Shown here: one piece after another, positions 46,638 through 56,612 of the stretch | How positions within the stretch are numbered: the first letter of the stretch is position 1 | Layout of the letters: each line of letters opens with the position of its first letter | Made by a program: the position numbers and the translations under genes | The notes under the pieces: generated by a model | The model's input: only the letters and a program-made list of their open reading frames with translations | Database searches by the model: none | Told to the model about the DNA's origin: nothing | Assembly: GCA_964578625.1 (NCBI GenBank) | Contig: CAZODQ010000004.1 | Location: forward strand, 10,389 to 74,388 | Length of the DNA: 64,000 nt | From: an uncultured Actinomycetota bacterium | Lineage (GTDB): Bacteria > Actinomycetota > Humimicrobiia > Humimicrobiales > Humimicrobiaceae | Direction of reading: 5' to 3'

Positions 46638-47725
46638 AGCATACGATAACTCTGATACCCGGGGACGGCATAGGACCGGAAATAACCAGGGCAATGGTTA
46701 AAGTCGTTGAGGCAACTGGAATAGATATCAAATGGGATACGGTCAATGCCGGGGCAGAGGTTTATAAGCAAGAAGGTACGGTTCTTCCGGATAGTGTTAT
46801 AAGTTCACTTAAGAAAAACAAGGTAGGGATAAAAGGTCCTATTACTACACCTGTAGGAACAGGATTTAGAAGTGTTAATGTGGCCATGAGGAAATTATTC
46901 GATCTGTATGCATGTATCAGGCCCTGCAAGAGCTACCCGGGCGTTAAAAGCAGGTACAGTGGTATAGATCTGGTTATAATCAGGGAAAATACTGAAGATC
47001 TTTATGCGGGAGTGGAGTTTAAAAAAGGTGAAGGGGATACAAAAGAGCTTATTGATTTCATTAGAAAAAAGAAGGATCTGGAGATCAGGAGCGATAGCGG
47101 AATAAGCATAAAGCCGATTTCCATGGCCGCTTCGGAAGATATAATCAGGTTTGCCTTTGAATATGCCCGTAAAAATAGCCGGAAAAAAGTTACCGGCGTA
47201 CATAAGGCAAATATAATGAAATATTCCGATGGCCTGTTTCTTGAGGTCTTTAAAAAGATTGCACCGGAATATGATGATATAGAGTCAGAAGATAGGATCG
47301 TGGACAATATGTGTATGCAGCTGGTACAGAAACCTGAGCTCTATGATGTCATAGTTTTACCAAATCTATACGGAGATATAATCTCTGACCTTGCTGCCGG
47401 ATTGGTTGGAGGACTAGGTGTAGCTCCAGGCGGAAATATCGGGAAGGATATTGCATTGTTTGAGCCGACTCACGGCAGTGCTCCGAAGTATAAGGGACAG
47501 AACAGGGTAAATCCGACCGCAATGATGCTTTCAGCTGTCTTAATGCTTAGATATATAGGAGAAAAAAAGCACGCGGAACTTCTTGAAAATGCGGTTGCAG
47601 AAAATATAAGAGAAGGAAAATATGTTACCTATGATTTAAAACCTGACAGAGATGATCCAACAGCTGTTGGAACAGATGAGTTTGCAGATGCAATTGTAGG
47701 AAAAATTGAAAAATCTCGAGCCTGA
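46634..47725 (+). CDS. isocitrate / homoisocitrate / 3-isopropylmalate dehydrogenase family
   Basis: NLYGDIISDLAAGLVGGLGVAPGGNIG signature. Confidence 0.8.
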   Translation: MKHTITLIPGDGIGPEITRAMVKVVEATGIDIKWDTVNAGAEVYKQEGTVLPDSVISSLKKNKVGIKGPITTPVGTGFRSVNVAMRKLFDLYACIRPCKSYPGVKSRYSGIDLVIIRENTEDLYAGVEFKKGEGDTKELIDFIRKKKDLEIRSDSGISIKPISMAASEDIIRFAFEYARKNSRKKVTGVHKANIMKYSDGLFLEVFKKIAPEYDDIESEDRIVDNMCMQLVQKPELYDVIVLPNLYGDIISDLAAGLVGGLGVAPGGNIGKDIALFEPTHGSAPKYKGQNRVNPTAMMLSAVLMLRYIGEKKHAELLENAVAENIREGKYVTYDLKPDRDDPTAVGTDEFADAIVGKIEKSRA

Positions 47726-47745
47726 AAAGCGAGCTTAAAGAAACC

Positions 47746-48177
47746 TTATTGATTGGGGTAAGCCCCGTCTTCGATCAATATCCCGTTTATATAGACTATA
47801 TCATCACTTCCGCCATCGACTCTGTCTATCCCATAACTTTCAAGAGTATAGCTGATGCCGGCAATAGAAGAATATTGATAGGGATTTTCCCATTTATCAA
47901 GTTCGGGAACCATTTCCATTATACCGGAAACTTCCAGTGCTTCGGGAAAATCATCTTCTGCAGGATAGATATTTTGGACTGTAACGTATATCTGGAGGGC
48001 TTTGGTAATATTGCTCATTTCAGCTTCAGTGGCTGTTTCCATGACTCTGTTGGTTAAGAACGTGAAAGTTCGAGCAGAAAGACCTACAAGTACTGCTAAA
48101 ACAATAATAACTATAAGAAGTTCAACTAAAGTGAATCCTTTTTCTCCTTTAAATTTACTAAGACAATAGACGTCCAT
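47746..48177 (-). CDS. type IV pilin / pseudopilin-like protein with N-terminal methylation motif
   Basis: GFTLVELLIVIIVLAVLVGL after leader MDVYCLSKFKGEKG. Confidence 0.7.
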   Translation of the reverse strand: MDVYCLSKFKGEKGFTLVELLIVIIVLAVLVGLSARTFTFLTNRVMETATEAEMSNITKALQIYVTVQNIYPAEDDFPEALEVSGIMEMVPELDKWENPYQYSSIAGISYTLESYGIDRVDGGSDDIVYINGILIEDGAYPNQ

Positions 48178-48393
48178 TATAATTTAAATACTTTTTGCTT
48201 ATATATCATAATTATACCCAAAAATAGATAATTTAAGCATTTTTTTATCAGAACCGGTATGCTTTATGATAGTGAATGCTGTATATCGGTTTTATTTTCT
48301 TTAGTATATAATAATAATCAATATATATAAATTGATTAAATCTGTGTAGAAATTTTTAAAAATTAAGAGAAGAAGCCTACATTTTAATTAATA

Positions 48394-49401
48394 ATGAATG
48401 ATAAAGAGAGTATTGATTTAAAGATTTTAAAAGCGATCTTTGGGATAGCGAGTTCTATCGGGTCTGAACTTGAACTAAAAAAAGTTTGCGACTTGATTGT
48501 TGAAAAAGTTTTTAGGGTAATAAACTGCAATGGATGTGCCATAATTCTAATAGATGAGGATGGGGTAAAACTGCAGAGTGATATTGGCTTTGGCAAAAAT
48601 ATCAAAAATGTGGAATTTACCAAGGAAATGCCTCTGATAAAGTATATTTTATCAACAAAAAATAAACTTTTTATAGGAAATATTGAAAATTCCTATTTCA
48701 AATACAGTATTCCCAAGGGAGAAAAGACAACTTCGATGATATGCATACCGATTATAGTAAGAGAAGAAGTAAGGGGAATTATTTATATTGATTCCAGAAA
48801 GACTAATGCCTTTTCAAGCAAGCATGAATACTTTTTAAATATACTGGCTCATGAAATATCGATTGCCATAGAGAGAGCATTGAATTATGAAGAGATAAAG
48901 AGATTGACTGTGGTGGATGAACTTACAGGTGTCTTTAACAGGAGAAAGTTTGATATTGATTTAAGGGATGCAGTAAATGAAGCCATAAGATATGTAAAGA
49001 GCCTGTCGCTTCTTATGATAGATATCGACCATTTTAAGAAATACAATGATTTTCACGGTCATCAAATGGGAGATATAATCTTAAAGAAAATAGGAAAAGT
49101 ATTTATTGAGAATAAGAGAACGACTGACAGGATATACCGTTACGGAGGAGAAGAATTTTCCGTAATCTGCAGTGAGACTAATAAGGAAAGTGCCAGGGTT
49201 TTTGCTGAGAGGCTGCGTGAAGTTGTAAGTAACGGAAGATTTGAGGGGGAGGAAAAAATAAAACCCCGCAGCAGTCTTACTATAAGTATCGGAGTTGCTA
49301 ACTTTCCTTTTGATGCTACAAAAATCGATTATTTAATAAAGTATGCCGATGACGCATTGTACAGGGCAAAGGCGGAAGGCAGAAACAAGGTAGTTGTATA
49401 G
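48394..49401 (+). CDS. GAF-GGDEF diguanylate cyclase
   Basis: N-terminal GAF domain. RYGGEEF active-site motif and the RxxD I-site region. Confidence 0.8.
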   Translation: MNDKESIDLKILKAIFGIASSIGSELELKKVCDLIVEKVFRVINCNGCAIILIDEDGVKLQSDIGFGKNIKNVEFTKEMPLIKYILSTKNKLFIGNIENSYFKYSIPKGEKTTSMICIPIIVREEVRGIIYIDSRKTNAFSSKHEYFLNILAHEISIAIERALNYEEIKRLTVVDELTGVFNRRKFDIDLRDAVNEAIRYVKSLSLLMIDIDHFKKYNDFHGHQMGDIILKKIGKVFIENKRTTDRIYRYGGEEFSVICSETNKESARVFAERLREVVSNGRFEGEEKIKPRSSLTISIGVANFPFDATKIDYLIKYADDALYRAKAEGRNKVVV

Positions 49402-49463
49402 TTTCCGTAACAATAGACTAAATTGTTTTTAGAAGTTTGACAAAGGTAATGTTTGGGTTTATA

Positions 49464-49479
49464 GTTAGATTTATCTAAC
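49464..49479 (+). promoter_or_regulatory. palindromic operator GTTAGATTTATCTAAC overlapping the -10 (TATAGT) of the dtxR-family gene promoter (TTGACA at 49437)
   Basis: Perfect 7-2-7 inverted repeat with TTAG half-sites like DtxR/MntR boxes. Confidence 0.6.
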
Positions 49480-49510
49480 ATTTTTAGATTAGATATAAAG
49501 TGAGAACAGT

Positions 49511-49984
49511 ATGAAGAAATTATCCCATAGTATGGAAGATTACCTTGAAGCAATATATATAATCAACCTTACCAATAAAGTGATCAGGGTAAAAGAAATT
49601 GCAGAATTTTTAAAAGTAAAGACACCGTCTGTTGTAGATGCTGTCAGAAAGTTAATTGCCAGAGGCCTTATAGAACATGAAAAATACGGGTATTTGGAAT
49701 TGACAGATAATGGCTATAAACTGGCAAGAGAAGTGTATGAGAAGCATAAAAAAATATATAAATTTCTTAATGATATTCTCGGTGTGAGTGATGACGTTTC
49801 AAAAGAAGATGCCTGTAATATTGAACATTACATCAGCGAGGAAGCTTTGGACAGGATGATAAAGTTGATAAATTTCATAGATACCTGCCCCGAAGGGTAT
49901 CCAAGATGGTTAAAAAACTTTAATTATTTTGCCAAATACGGCAAACATCCTGCCACCTGTGTTAAAGATGATGCCAAAATATAG
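49511..49984 (+). CDS. DtxR/MntR family metal-dependent transcriptional repressor
   Basis: SHSMEDYLEAIY..., HTH and dimerisation domains, C-terminal Cys/His-containing extension. Confidence 0.8.
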   Translation: MKKLSHSMEDYLEAIYIINLTNKVIRVKEIAEFLKVKTPSVVDAVRKLIARGLIEHEKYGYLELTDNGYKLAREVYEKHKKIYKFLNDILGVSDDVSKEDACNIEHYISEEALDRMIKLINFIDTCPEGYPRWLKNFNYFAKYGKHPATCVKDDAKI

Positions 49985-50060
49985 ATAACTTGAATTTTTC
50001 TTTCCATTTTTCAATCCATCTTAAAAAAGTTCTTGACAAAAGTATGTAAAGCTATTAAAG

Positions 50061-50074
50061 TTAGACATGTCTAA
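50061..50074 (+). promoter_or_regulatory. palindromic operator TTAGACATGTCTAA at the -10/+1 of the feoAB promoter (TTGACA 50033-50038)
   Basis: Perfect 14-nt palindrome sharing TTAGA half-sites with the box at 49464. Confidence 0.6.
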
Positions 50075-50083
50075 TATTTAATA

Positions 50084-50395
50084 GTGAGATTGATTAAAAT
50101 GAGAAAATGGGGTTTCAGACATAGGAGAAAAAATTATCGGCAAATACAGCAGGTGGGTGACGGAATTTTGCGCCTTACCGATGCTCTTCCCGGGAAAAAA
50201 TACAGAATTGCAAGTATAAATGGCGGGTGCAGGCTAAACTCCCACCTCTGTGCCATGGGTTTTATCCCTTATGAAATATTTTCTGTCTCTGGTGCATCAA
50301 GGGGCGGTTCTTTATGTGTAACCGTCAAGGGCACAAAATTTGCAATTGGAAGGGGAATGGCCGAGAAGATTTTTATAAGGGAACTGGAAGAATGA
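50084..50395 (+). CDS. feoA: ferrous iron transport protein FeoA
   Basis: SH3-like FeoA domain (GKKYRIASINGG...LCAMGFIPYEIFSV...V.VKGTKFAIGRGMAEKIFI). Confidence 0.7.
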   Translation: MRLIKMRKWGFRHRRKNYRQIQQVGDGILRLTDALPGKKYRIASINGGCRLNSHLCAMGFIPYEIFSVSGASRGGSLCVTVKGTKFAIGRGMAEKIFIRELEE

Positions 50396-52533
50396 GAAAA
50401 GAAATAACTATAGCTCTTACAGGAAACCCCAATTCAGGTAAGACTACCATCTTTAATAATCTAACCGGTTTAAGGCAGCATGTAGGCAATTATCCTGGAG
50501 TCACTGTTGAAAAAAAGACAGGGGTTGTCAGCTATAAAGGGTACAAGATAAATGTTGTTGACCTTCCGGGGACTTACAGCCTAACGGCATATTCCATAGA
50601 ACAGATTGTTGCGAGAAATTTCATTATTGACCAGAAACCTGATTTAGTAGTCGATATTGTAGATTCCTCTAACTTGGAACGTAATCTTTACCTTGCAGTT
50701 CAGCTTATGGAGCTTAATGCACCCCTGGTTCTGGTATTCAATATGGCTGATATTGCAAGAAAAAGCGGAAATAAAATAGATATGGAACTGTTATCCAAAC
50801 TTTTTGGCACACCTATTATAGAAACTGTGGGAAGTAAGGGGATGGGCAGCAAAGAGGTGCTTGAATCGGTAATAGATGTATTAAATAGAGAAAAGAGAAA
50901 AAAAACTAAGATAAAATATGGCGAAGAAATCGAAAATGAAATAATAAGGATTGAATCAGTTCTGGAAAGAGAAAAGATTCCTGCATCTAAGTTTGATACC
51001 AGGTGGACCATAGTAAAACTTCTGGAACAAGATAACGAGGTAATTGATACTACAAAAAAGATTGCAGGCTCAAAATACCGGAAAATTGAAGAGGAAGTCG
51101 CAAGTTCAATAAAACATATATCCAGCGTACTTAGAAATACTCCCGAGGTCATAATCGCAGAAGCAAGGTACGGATTCATAAGCGGTGCACTCCTTGAAGC
51201 TTATCAGGAAGTCGGTACTGCAAAAATGGATGTAAGTGGAAATGTTGACAGGGTACTTACCAACAGGATACTGGGGATACCGATATTTGCTCTGATAATG
51301 TGGCTTATGTTTCAATTTGTATTCACACTTGGGAAATACCCTATGAACTGGATTAATATGGGTTTTGAGAAATTGAGTGCACTGATAACTGAAGTTATAC
51401 CCAAAGGTCTTGTAAGTTCACTTTTGGTTGATGGAATAATTGGGGGAGTGGGAGGTGTAATTATCTTTACACCTAATATAATGCTTCTGTTTTTTTCCAT
51501 TGCGGTTCTTGAGGATTCAGGATACATGGCGAGAGCTGCTTTTGTTATGGATAGGATAATGCATAAGATAGGACTTCATGGAAAATCCTTTATTCCACTT
51601 ATTATTGGATTTGGCTGTACTGTACCGGCTTATATGGGATCAAGGATTCTTGAAAATAAAAAGGACCGTTTGGTAACAATGCATATAAATACTTTTATGA
51701 GCTGCGGTGCACGTCTTCCGGTTTATATACTTTTTGCGGGAGCGTTCTTTCCTGCGGCGGCAGGGAATGTTATATTTTCGATTTACATAATAGGTGTGAT
51801 CATGGCTATTATAATGGCCAAGGTACTGAGGGCGACCAGATTTAAAGGCATGTCGGATCCCTTTGTTATGGAGCTGCCCCCTTATCGCATTCCTACCCTT
51901 AAAGGAGTATTGATTCACACTTGGGAAAGGACCTGGATGTATATAAAGAAGGCAGGCACGGTCATACTAGCCATATCAATACTGATGTGGATTCTGTTCA
52001 CATTTCCTCTGATAGGGGATAACTACTCTACAGATTATAAAAGCCAGATCAGTGAAATTGAGGAGTTCTATCAGTCAGGTGTGATAACCCAGGAAGAGCT
52101 TGATAAACAGACAGCAGCAATTGATAGTAAGATGGCAGGTGAGAAGCTTTCCTATTCAGCAGCAGGGAGAATAGGACGTTTTCTGGAGCCGGCATTCAGA
52201 CTGCTTGGTTTTGACTGGAAGATGGTGGTTGCCACTATATCGGGAATTGCGGCAAAAGAAGTAATAGTATCGACCATGGGTACTCTTTACAGCATTGAGG
52301 AGGCAGATGGAGAGTCTGAGACATTAAAAACGGCGCTTAATAAAAATTATCCTCCTTTGGTGGGGTATAATTTTATGTTGTTTACATTGCTGTATTTCCC
52401 CTGTCTTACTGCTATGATAATATTCAGAAGAGAGGCGGGCACAAAGGAGATGCTTTTCCAGATGGGGTATACGCTTCTGCTTGCCTGGGTGGTATCCTTT
52501 CTGGTATTTCAGATAGGAAGATTATTTATTTAA
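50392..52533 (+). CDS. feoB: ferrous iron transporter FeoB
   Basis: G-domain IALTGNPNSGKTTIFN, DLPGTYSL and the gate/permease domains. ATG overlaps the feoA stop. Confidence 0.9.
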   Translation: MRKEITIALTGNPNSGKTTIFNNLTGLRQHVGNYPGVTVEKKTGVVSYKGYKINVVDLPGTYSLTAYSIEQIVARNFIIDQKPDLVVDIVDSSNLERNLYLAVQLMELNAPLVLVFNMADIARKSGNKIDMELLSKLFGTPIIETVGSKGMGSKEVLESVIDVLNREKRKKTKIKYGEEIENEIIRIESVLEREKIPASKFDTRWTIVKLLEQDNEVIDTTKKIAGSKYRKIEEEVASSIKHISSVLRNTPEVIIAEARYGFISGALLEAYQEVGTAKMDVSGNVDRVLTNRILGIPIFALIMWLMFQFVFTLGKYPMNWINMGFEKLSALITEVIPKGLVSSLLVDGIIGGVGGVIIFTPNIMLLFFSIAVLEDSGYMARAAFVMDRIMHKIGLHGKSFIPLIIGFGCTVPAYMGSRILENKKDRLVTMHINTFMSCGARLPVYILFAGAFFPAAAGNVIFSIYIIGVIMAIIMAKVLRATRFKGMSDPFVMELPPYRIPTLKGVLIHTWERTWMYIKKAGTVILAISILMWILFTFPLIGDNYSTDYKSQISEIEEFYQSGVITQEELDKQTAAIDSKMAGEKLSYSAAGRIGRFLEPAFRLLGFDWKMVVATISGIAAKEVIVSTMGTLYSIEEADGESETLKTALNKNYPPLVGYNFMLFTLLYFPCLTAMIIFRREAGTKEMLFQMGYTLLLAWVVSFLVFQIGRLFI

Positions 52534-52587
52534 TAGTTATAAAGCAGGTGTATCAGCCTGTATGTTGAACCTTAAGAGGTGAGTCGG

Positions 52588-52743
52588 GTGTTAGAAATAA
52601 TATTAATAATTTTAATAGGAATTGCTGCATTTGCGGTTACTATATGGTTTATTATAATACAGTTCAGGGCAAAGAATACCTGTACTTTTTGCCCTTATTC
52701 CGATATATGCGAAAAGGAAAAAAAAATTAAATTACATAAGTGA
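52588..52743 (+). CDS. FeoB-associated Cys-rich small membrane protein (51 aa; below the ORF-track cutoff)
   Basis: GTG after AAGAGGTGAG. One TM helix then CTFCPYSDIC. Confidence 0.5.
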   Translation: MLEIILIILIGIAAFAVTIWFIIIQFRAKNTCTFCPYSDICEKEKKIKLHK

Positions 52744-52857
52744 ACATATCAGCCTTTTATTTTCCGTAAGTATTCTTTTAGAGCTCGGGATTGCCATAAT
52801 TAATAGCTGTAAAAAGCTGCTTCCGTATTAAATTTCAATTTAAATAAAGGAAAACCA

Positions 52858-53550
52858 ATGATCGGAACAGATAGTACAGACAGGATCAGAATAAAAGGAG
52901 AAAAAAGATTCTGGGATATTATATCTTCCGTATACGATAAATTTATATCAGAAGAAGCAGACAAAGACTACAGGGCACTTCTTGATAGGATTGCAGGTGA
53001 TATTAGAAAAGATGATATAGTCCTGGATGTAGCTACCGGTACAGGGATCGCAGCTTTTAAAATGGCAGGAATTGCCAGAGAAGTATATGGAATAGATATT
53101 TCACCAAAGATGATTAAAGAAGCTGAAAAAAAGCAGAAAGATAAATCAGTAGAGAATATAAAATTTATATTGGGCGATGGATACAATATGCCCTTTAAAG
53201 ATAATATATTTGATGTGGTTATATGCTGTAATGCACTTCATATGATGAAAGATCCCTACCTGTCACTTGTAGAGATGAAGCGGGTTCTAAAATCTAAAGG
53301 AGTGCTTATAGCACCTACTTATTGTCATGCTGAACCTACATCAATTATGATGAAGATATTATTAAATGGTCTTAGGTTTTTTAGATGGATAGGCCTTTTA
53401 CCATACCTGCATCGGTTTAACAAGAAAGATATATTAAAAATTATTAGAGGTTCAGGGTTCAATATAGTGGAACATGATGAAATAGGAAACAAACCTGCAT
53501 TTCTGTATATAAAGGCATTAAAGGATATTAATAGTAGGAGTATATTATAA
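52858..53550 (+). CDS. class I SAM-dependent methyltransferase
   Basis: VLDVATGTGIAA motif I. Confidence 0.7.
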   Translation: MIGTDSTDRIRIKGEKRFWDIISSVYDKFISEEADKDYRALLDRIAGDIRKDDIVLDVATGTGIAAFKMAGIAREVYGIDISPKMIKEAEKKQKDKSVENIKFILGDGYNMPFKDNIFDVVICCNALHMMKDPYLSLVEMKRVLKSKGVLIAPTYCHAEPTSIMMKILLNGLRFFRWIGLLPYLHRFNKKDILKIIRGSGFNIVEHDEIGNKPAFLYIKALKDINSRSIL

Positions 53551-53872
53551 AGACCCTACTGAAGCGGAGTCTTTAATAGATAATAAAACTTTAATATCTT
53601 CTATATTAAACGAAAGAGAATACGGGTTATAGTCTTTTTTATAAACTCTTGTCAATATAAAAAAATGATATCAAATATATAATAAACATTTTTAGAACTT
53701 TTATGGTAAAATAGAAACGATAGTAAGGTTATTGTTAAATAATATGTTTATAAAAGAAGTCTGCAATTTTTTTTGGTTAACCTTCCAAAAATAAAATCGG
53801 CATTTTTTTATACATTATTTATACTTTTATTATTATATAAGGATTATATTTAATATATGAAAGGAAATCAGA

Positions 53873-54220
53873 GTGAATAAGAGAATATATGTAGGTAATC
53901 TGGATTATTCTACTACGGATAAAGACCTGGAAGAGTTATTTTCCAGTGAGGGTGGTGTGACTTATGCAAAGGTAATTAGAAATCTGGATGGAAGGTCAAA
54001 AGGATTTGGATTTGTAGAAATGAGTAACGATGAAGAGGCGGCAAAAGCTATAGAAAAGTATGACCAGAGCAGTTTTAAAGAAAGAAATCTTGTAGTAAAT
54101 GAAGCAAGACCTCAGGAAAGTAGAAGATTTAGCGGGAATAGAAGAAGTGGCAATTACCGAAAAACACCTAAAGATGACCTTAATTATAAGCTTAGAAAAT
54201 TAAGAAAAAGGTCTAGATAA
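53873..54220 (+). CDS. RRM-domain RNA-binding protein
   Basis: RNP-2 IYVGNL and RNP-1 KGFGFVEM. R/G-rich tail. Confidence 0.8.
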   Translation: MNKRIYVGNLDYSTTDKDLEELFSSEGGVTYAKVIRNLDGRSKGFGFVEMSNDEEAAKAIEKYDQSSFKERNLVVNEARPQESRRFSGNRRSGNYRKTPKDDLNYKLRKLRKRSR

Positions 54221-54296
54221 ATTTTTTAAATTCACAAAGATATTTTGGTTTTATACGGATCATTATGATTAAAAATTAAAAGAGGTAAGATTTAGA

Positions 54297-55214
54297 TTGA
54301 AAGAATATAAAAGTATGTATACTAGAGTCAAAAATAAAAAAGTAAATAAGGATCAATTGAAGAATAAACTTTGTTTCAATATTAAGTCTTCTACCAGTGA
54401 CCCTGTAAGAATGTATCTTAAGGAGATTGGTAAGATAAGACTGCTCACTGCTTATGGAGAAGTGCAGCTGGCAAAGAGAATTGAAGGCGGGGATAATACA
54501 TCGAAACAATTGCTTGTAAAAGCTAATTTGAGACTGGTTGTAAGTATTGCCAAGAAGTATATTGGAAGGGGTTTACTTTTCTTAGATCTTATACAGGAAG
54601 GAAATATTGGGCTAATAAGGGCAGTGGAGAAATTTGATTACAGAAGAGGTTTTAAATTCTCTACATATGCGACCTGGTGGATAAGACAAGCTATTACAAG
54701 AGCTATGGCTGATCAGGCTAGAACTATTAGAATCCCTGTACATATGATAGAGAATATCAATAAATTAATCAGGGTACAAAGGCAGCTGCTCCAGGAACTT
54801 GGCAGGGATCCTTCGCCTGAAGAGATTTCAGAAAAAATAAATTTTACCCCTGATATGATAAGAGAAATAATTAAGATAAGTCAGCACCCTATTTCGTTTG
54901 AAACTCCGATAGGCGAAGAAGGCGATAGCTACCTCAGTGATTTTATAGAAGATTCGGATGTGGAAGCGCCTTCAGAGGCAGCATCTTTAAAGATGCTGCA
55001 AAACAAAGTAAAAGAAATTCTTAACACTCTAGATTACAGAGAAAGAAAGATAATAGAACTTAGGTTTGGTATTAATGATGGTCAGCCAAAAACACTGGAA
55101 GAAGTCGGAAGAGAATTCGGTGTTACGAGAGAAAGAATCAGGCAAATAGAATTTAAGACTTTAAATAAATTGAGAAGCTCAAAAAGAAGCAAGGCCTTAA
55201 GAGATTTTCTTTGA
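54297..55214 (+). CDS. RNA polymerase sigma-70 family factor (RpoD-like regions 1.2-4, short form)
   Basis: [11 protein letters not shown], region 2 [17 protein letters not shown]...[13 protein letters not shown], region 4 HTH. Confidence 0.85.
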   Translation: MKEYKSMYTRVKNKKVNKDQLKNKLCFNIKSSTSDPVRMYLKEIGKIRLLTAYGEVQLAKRIEGGDNTSKQLLVKANLRLVVSIAKKYIGRGLLFLDLIQEGNIGLIRAVEKFDYRRGFKFSTYATWWIRQAITRAMADQARTIRIPVHMIENINKLIRVQRQLLQELGRDPSPEEISEKINFTPDMIREIIKISQHPISFETPIGEEGDSYLSDFIEDSDVEAPSEAASLKMLQNKVKEILNTLDYRERKIIELRFGINDGQPKTLEEVGREFGVTRERIRQIEFKTLNKLRSSKRSKALRDFL

Positions 55215-55412
55215 AATTAGTTTGTGATTTGTCCATTATATCTGGCTGCTTATAATTTAGGTTCTTCAGACAGCGGTTTTAAATATTTCAATCCAGAACC
55301 ATATAATAGATGTACTAAATTCTATATTTGGATTTGCTTTGCATTAGAAGAATTTTAATATTCATTGTAGAATTGATGAGAATGAAAAAATAAAAAAATA
55401 CGTTAGAAAGAA

Positions 55413-56387
55413 ATGCGCTATATTAAGCTGGGAAAAACAGACATAGAGGTTTCAGTTATTGGTCTTGGAACATGGGCTATAGGCGGCTGGATGTGGGGAG
55501 GCACAAGCGAATCTGAATCAATCAAAGCCATCAATACTGCAATAGATATGGGAATAAGCCTTATTGATACGGCACCGGCTTACGGAAAGGGACTTTCAGA
55601 AGAAATTGTCGGTAAAGCCATTAAGGGTAAAAGGGATAAGCTTATTATTGCTACTAAGTGTGGCCTTGTATGGCAGTTTGATAAAGGTGAATTATTTTTT
55701 GTTTATGAATCAGGAGAGAAAGTATATAAATTCCTGGGACCAAAATCAATTAGGTACGAAATCGAGGAGAGTCTTTCTAGACTTGGGATTGATTATATAG
55801 ATCTTTATCAGACACATTGGCAGGATATGAACACACCTATTGAGGACACAATGGAAACTTTAATGGATCTAAAAAAGGAAGGTAAGATAAGATCTATAGG
55901 TGCCAGCAATGCCAGCCTTGAGCAATTAAAGCGGTATAACCAGTCAGGGCAACTGGATGTTGACCAGGAAAAGTATAATCTTATTGATAATGAAGTTGAA
56001 CAAGAAATTCTTCCCTGGTGTAGAAACGATAGTGTGACTTTGCTTGCATATAGTTCTTTAGCTAAAGGGCTGCTTACTGGAAGAATTACTCCTGATAGGG
56101 AGTTTAAGGGCGATGACCTACGGAAAGATGATTACAGATTCAAAATAGATAACAGGAAGAAGATAAATTCTGTTCTGGAAGATGAGTTCAAGCCTGTTGC
56201 TAAGAAGTATGGTTTATCTATAGCACAATTATCTGTTGCTGCCCTGGTATCACAGGATGGAGTGGTGGCACTTTGCGGTGCAAGAAATGAAAAACAGGCT
56301 GAAGAGAATGCAAAAGCAGGGGATTGTTTGATAGAGAAGAGCGATGTAATAAAAATTAGAAATGCAATAGAGGCCTTGAATTTATAG
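55413..56387 (+). CDS. aldo/keto reductase
   Basis: AKR signatures including LIDTAPAYG, IDYIDLYQTHW. Confidence 0.85.
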   Translation: MRYIKLGKTDIEVSVIGLGTWAIGGWMWGGTSESESIKAINTAIDMGISLIDTAPAYGKGLSEEIVGKAIKGKRDKLIIATKCGLVWQFDKGELFFVYESGEKVYKFLGPKSIRYEIEESLSRLGIDYIDLYQTHWQDMNTPIEDTMETLMDLKKEGKIRSIGASNASLEQLKRYNQSGQLDVDQEKYNLIDNEVEQEILPWCRNDSVTLLAYSSLAKGLLTGRITPDREFKGDDLRKDDYRFKIDNRKKINSVLEDEFKPVAKKYGLSIAQLSVAALVSQDGVVALCGARNEKQAEENAKAGDCLIEKSDVIKIRNAIEALNL

Positions 56388-56480
56388 AATTAACTTAATA
56401 AAAAAAGTTACCTGATCTTGTATATGAAAAAATAAGTAAAGATTATAATATTGTAAAAATGCAAGCCAGGTCAGTCAATC

Positions 56481-56514
56481 GCAGCAGCCCCAGGTATTTT
56501 AATTTCGAACCATA
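56481..56514 (-). repeat. diverged tRNA-3'-end-like element (reverse orientation) related to 16767-16796
   Basis: Reverse complement reads ATATGGTTCGAAATTAAAATACCTGGGGCTGCTG. The first 12 nt are identical to ATATGGTTCGAA at 16767. Confidence 0.4.
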
Positions 56515-56612
56515 TTTTGAAGGAAAAAAGCGATTAAGCACTTAATCCAAAATTTTAATTAATTGAAAAAACTTCATAGCTCTAAATCTTTTAGTGTCAT
56601 AATATTGAATAA

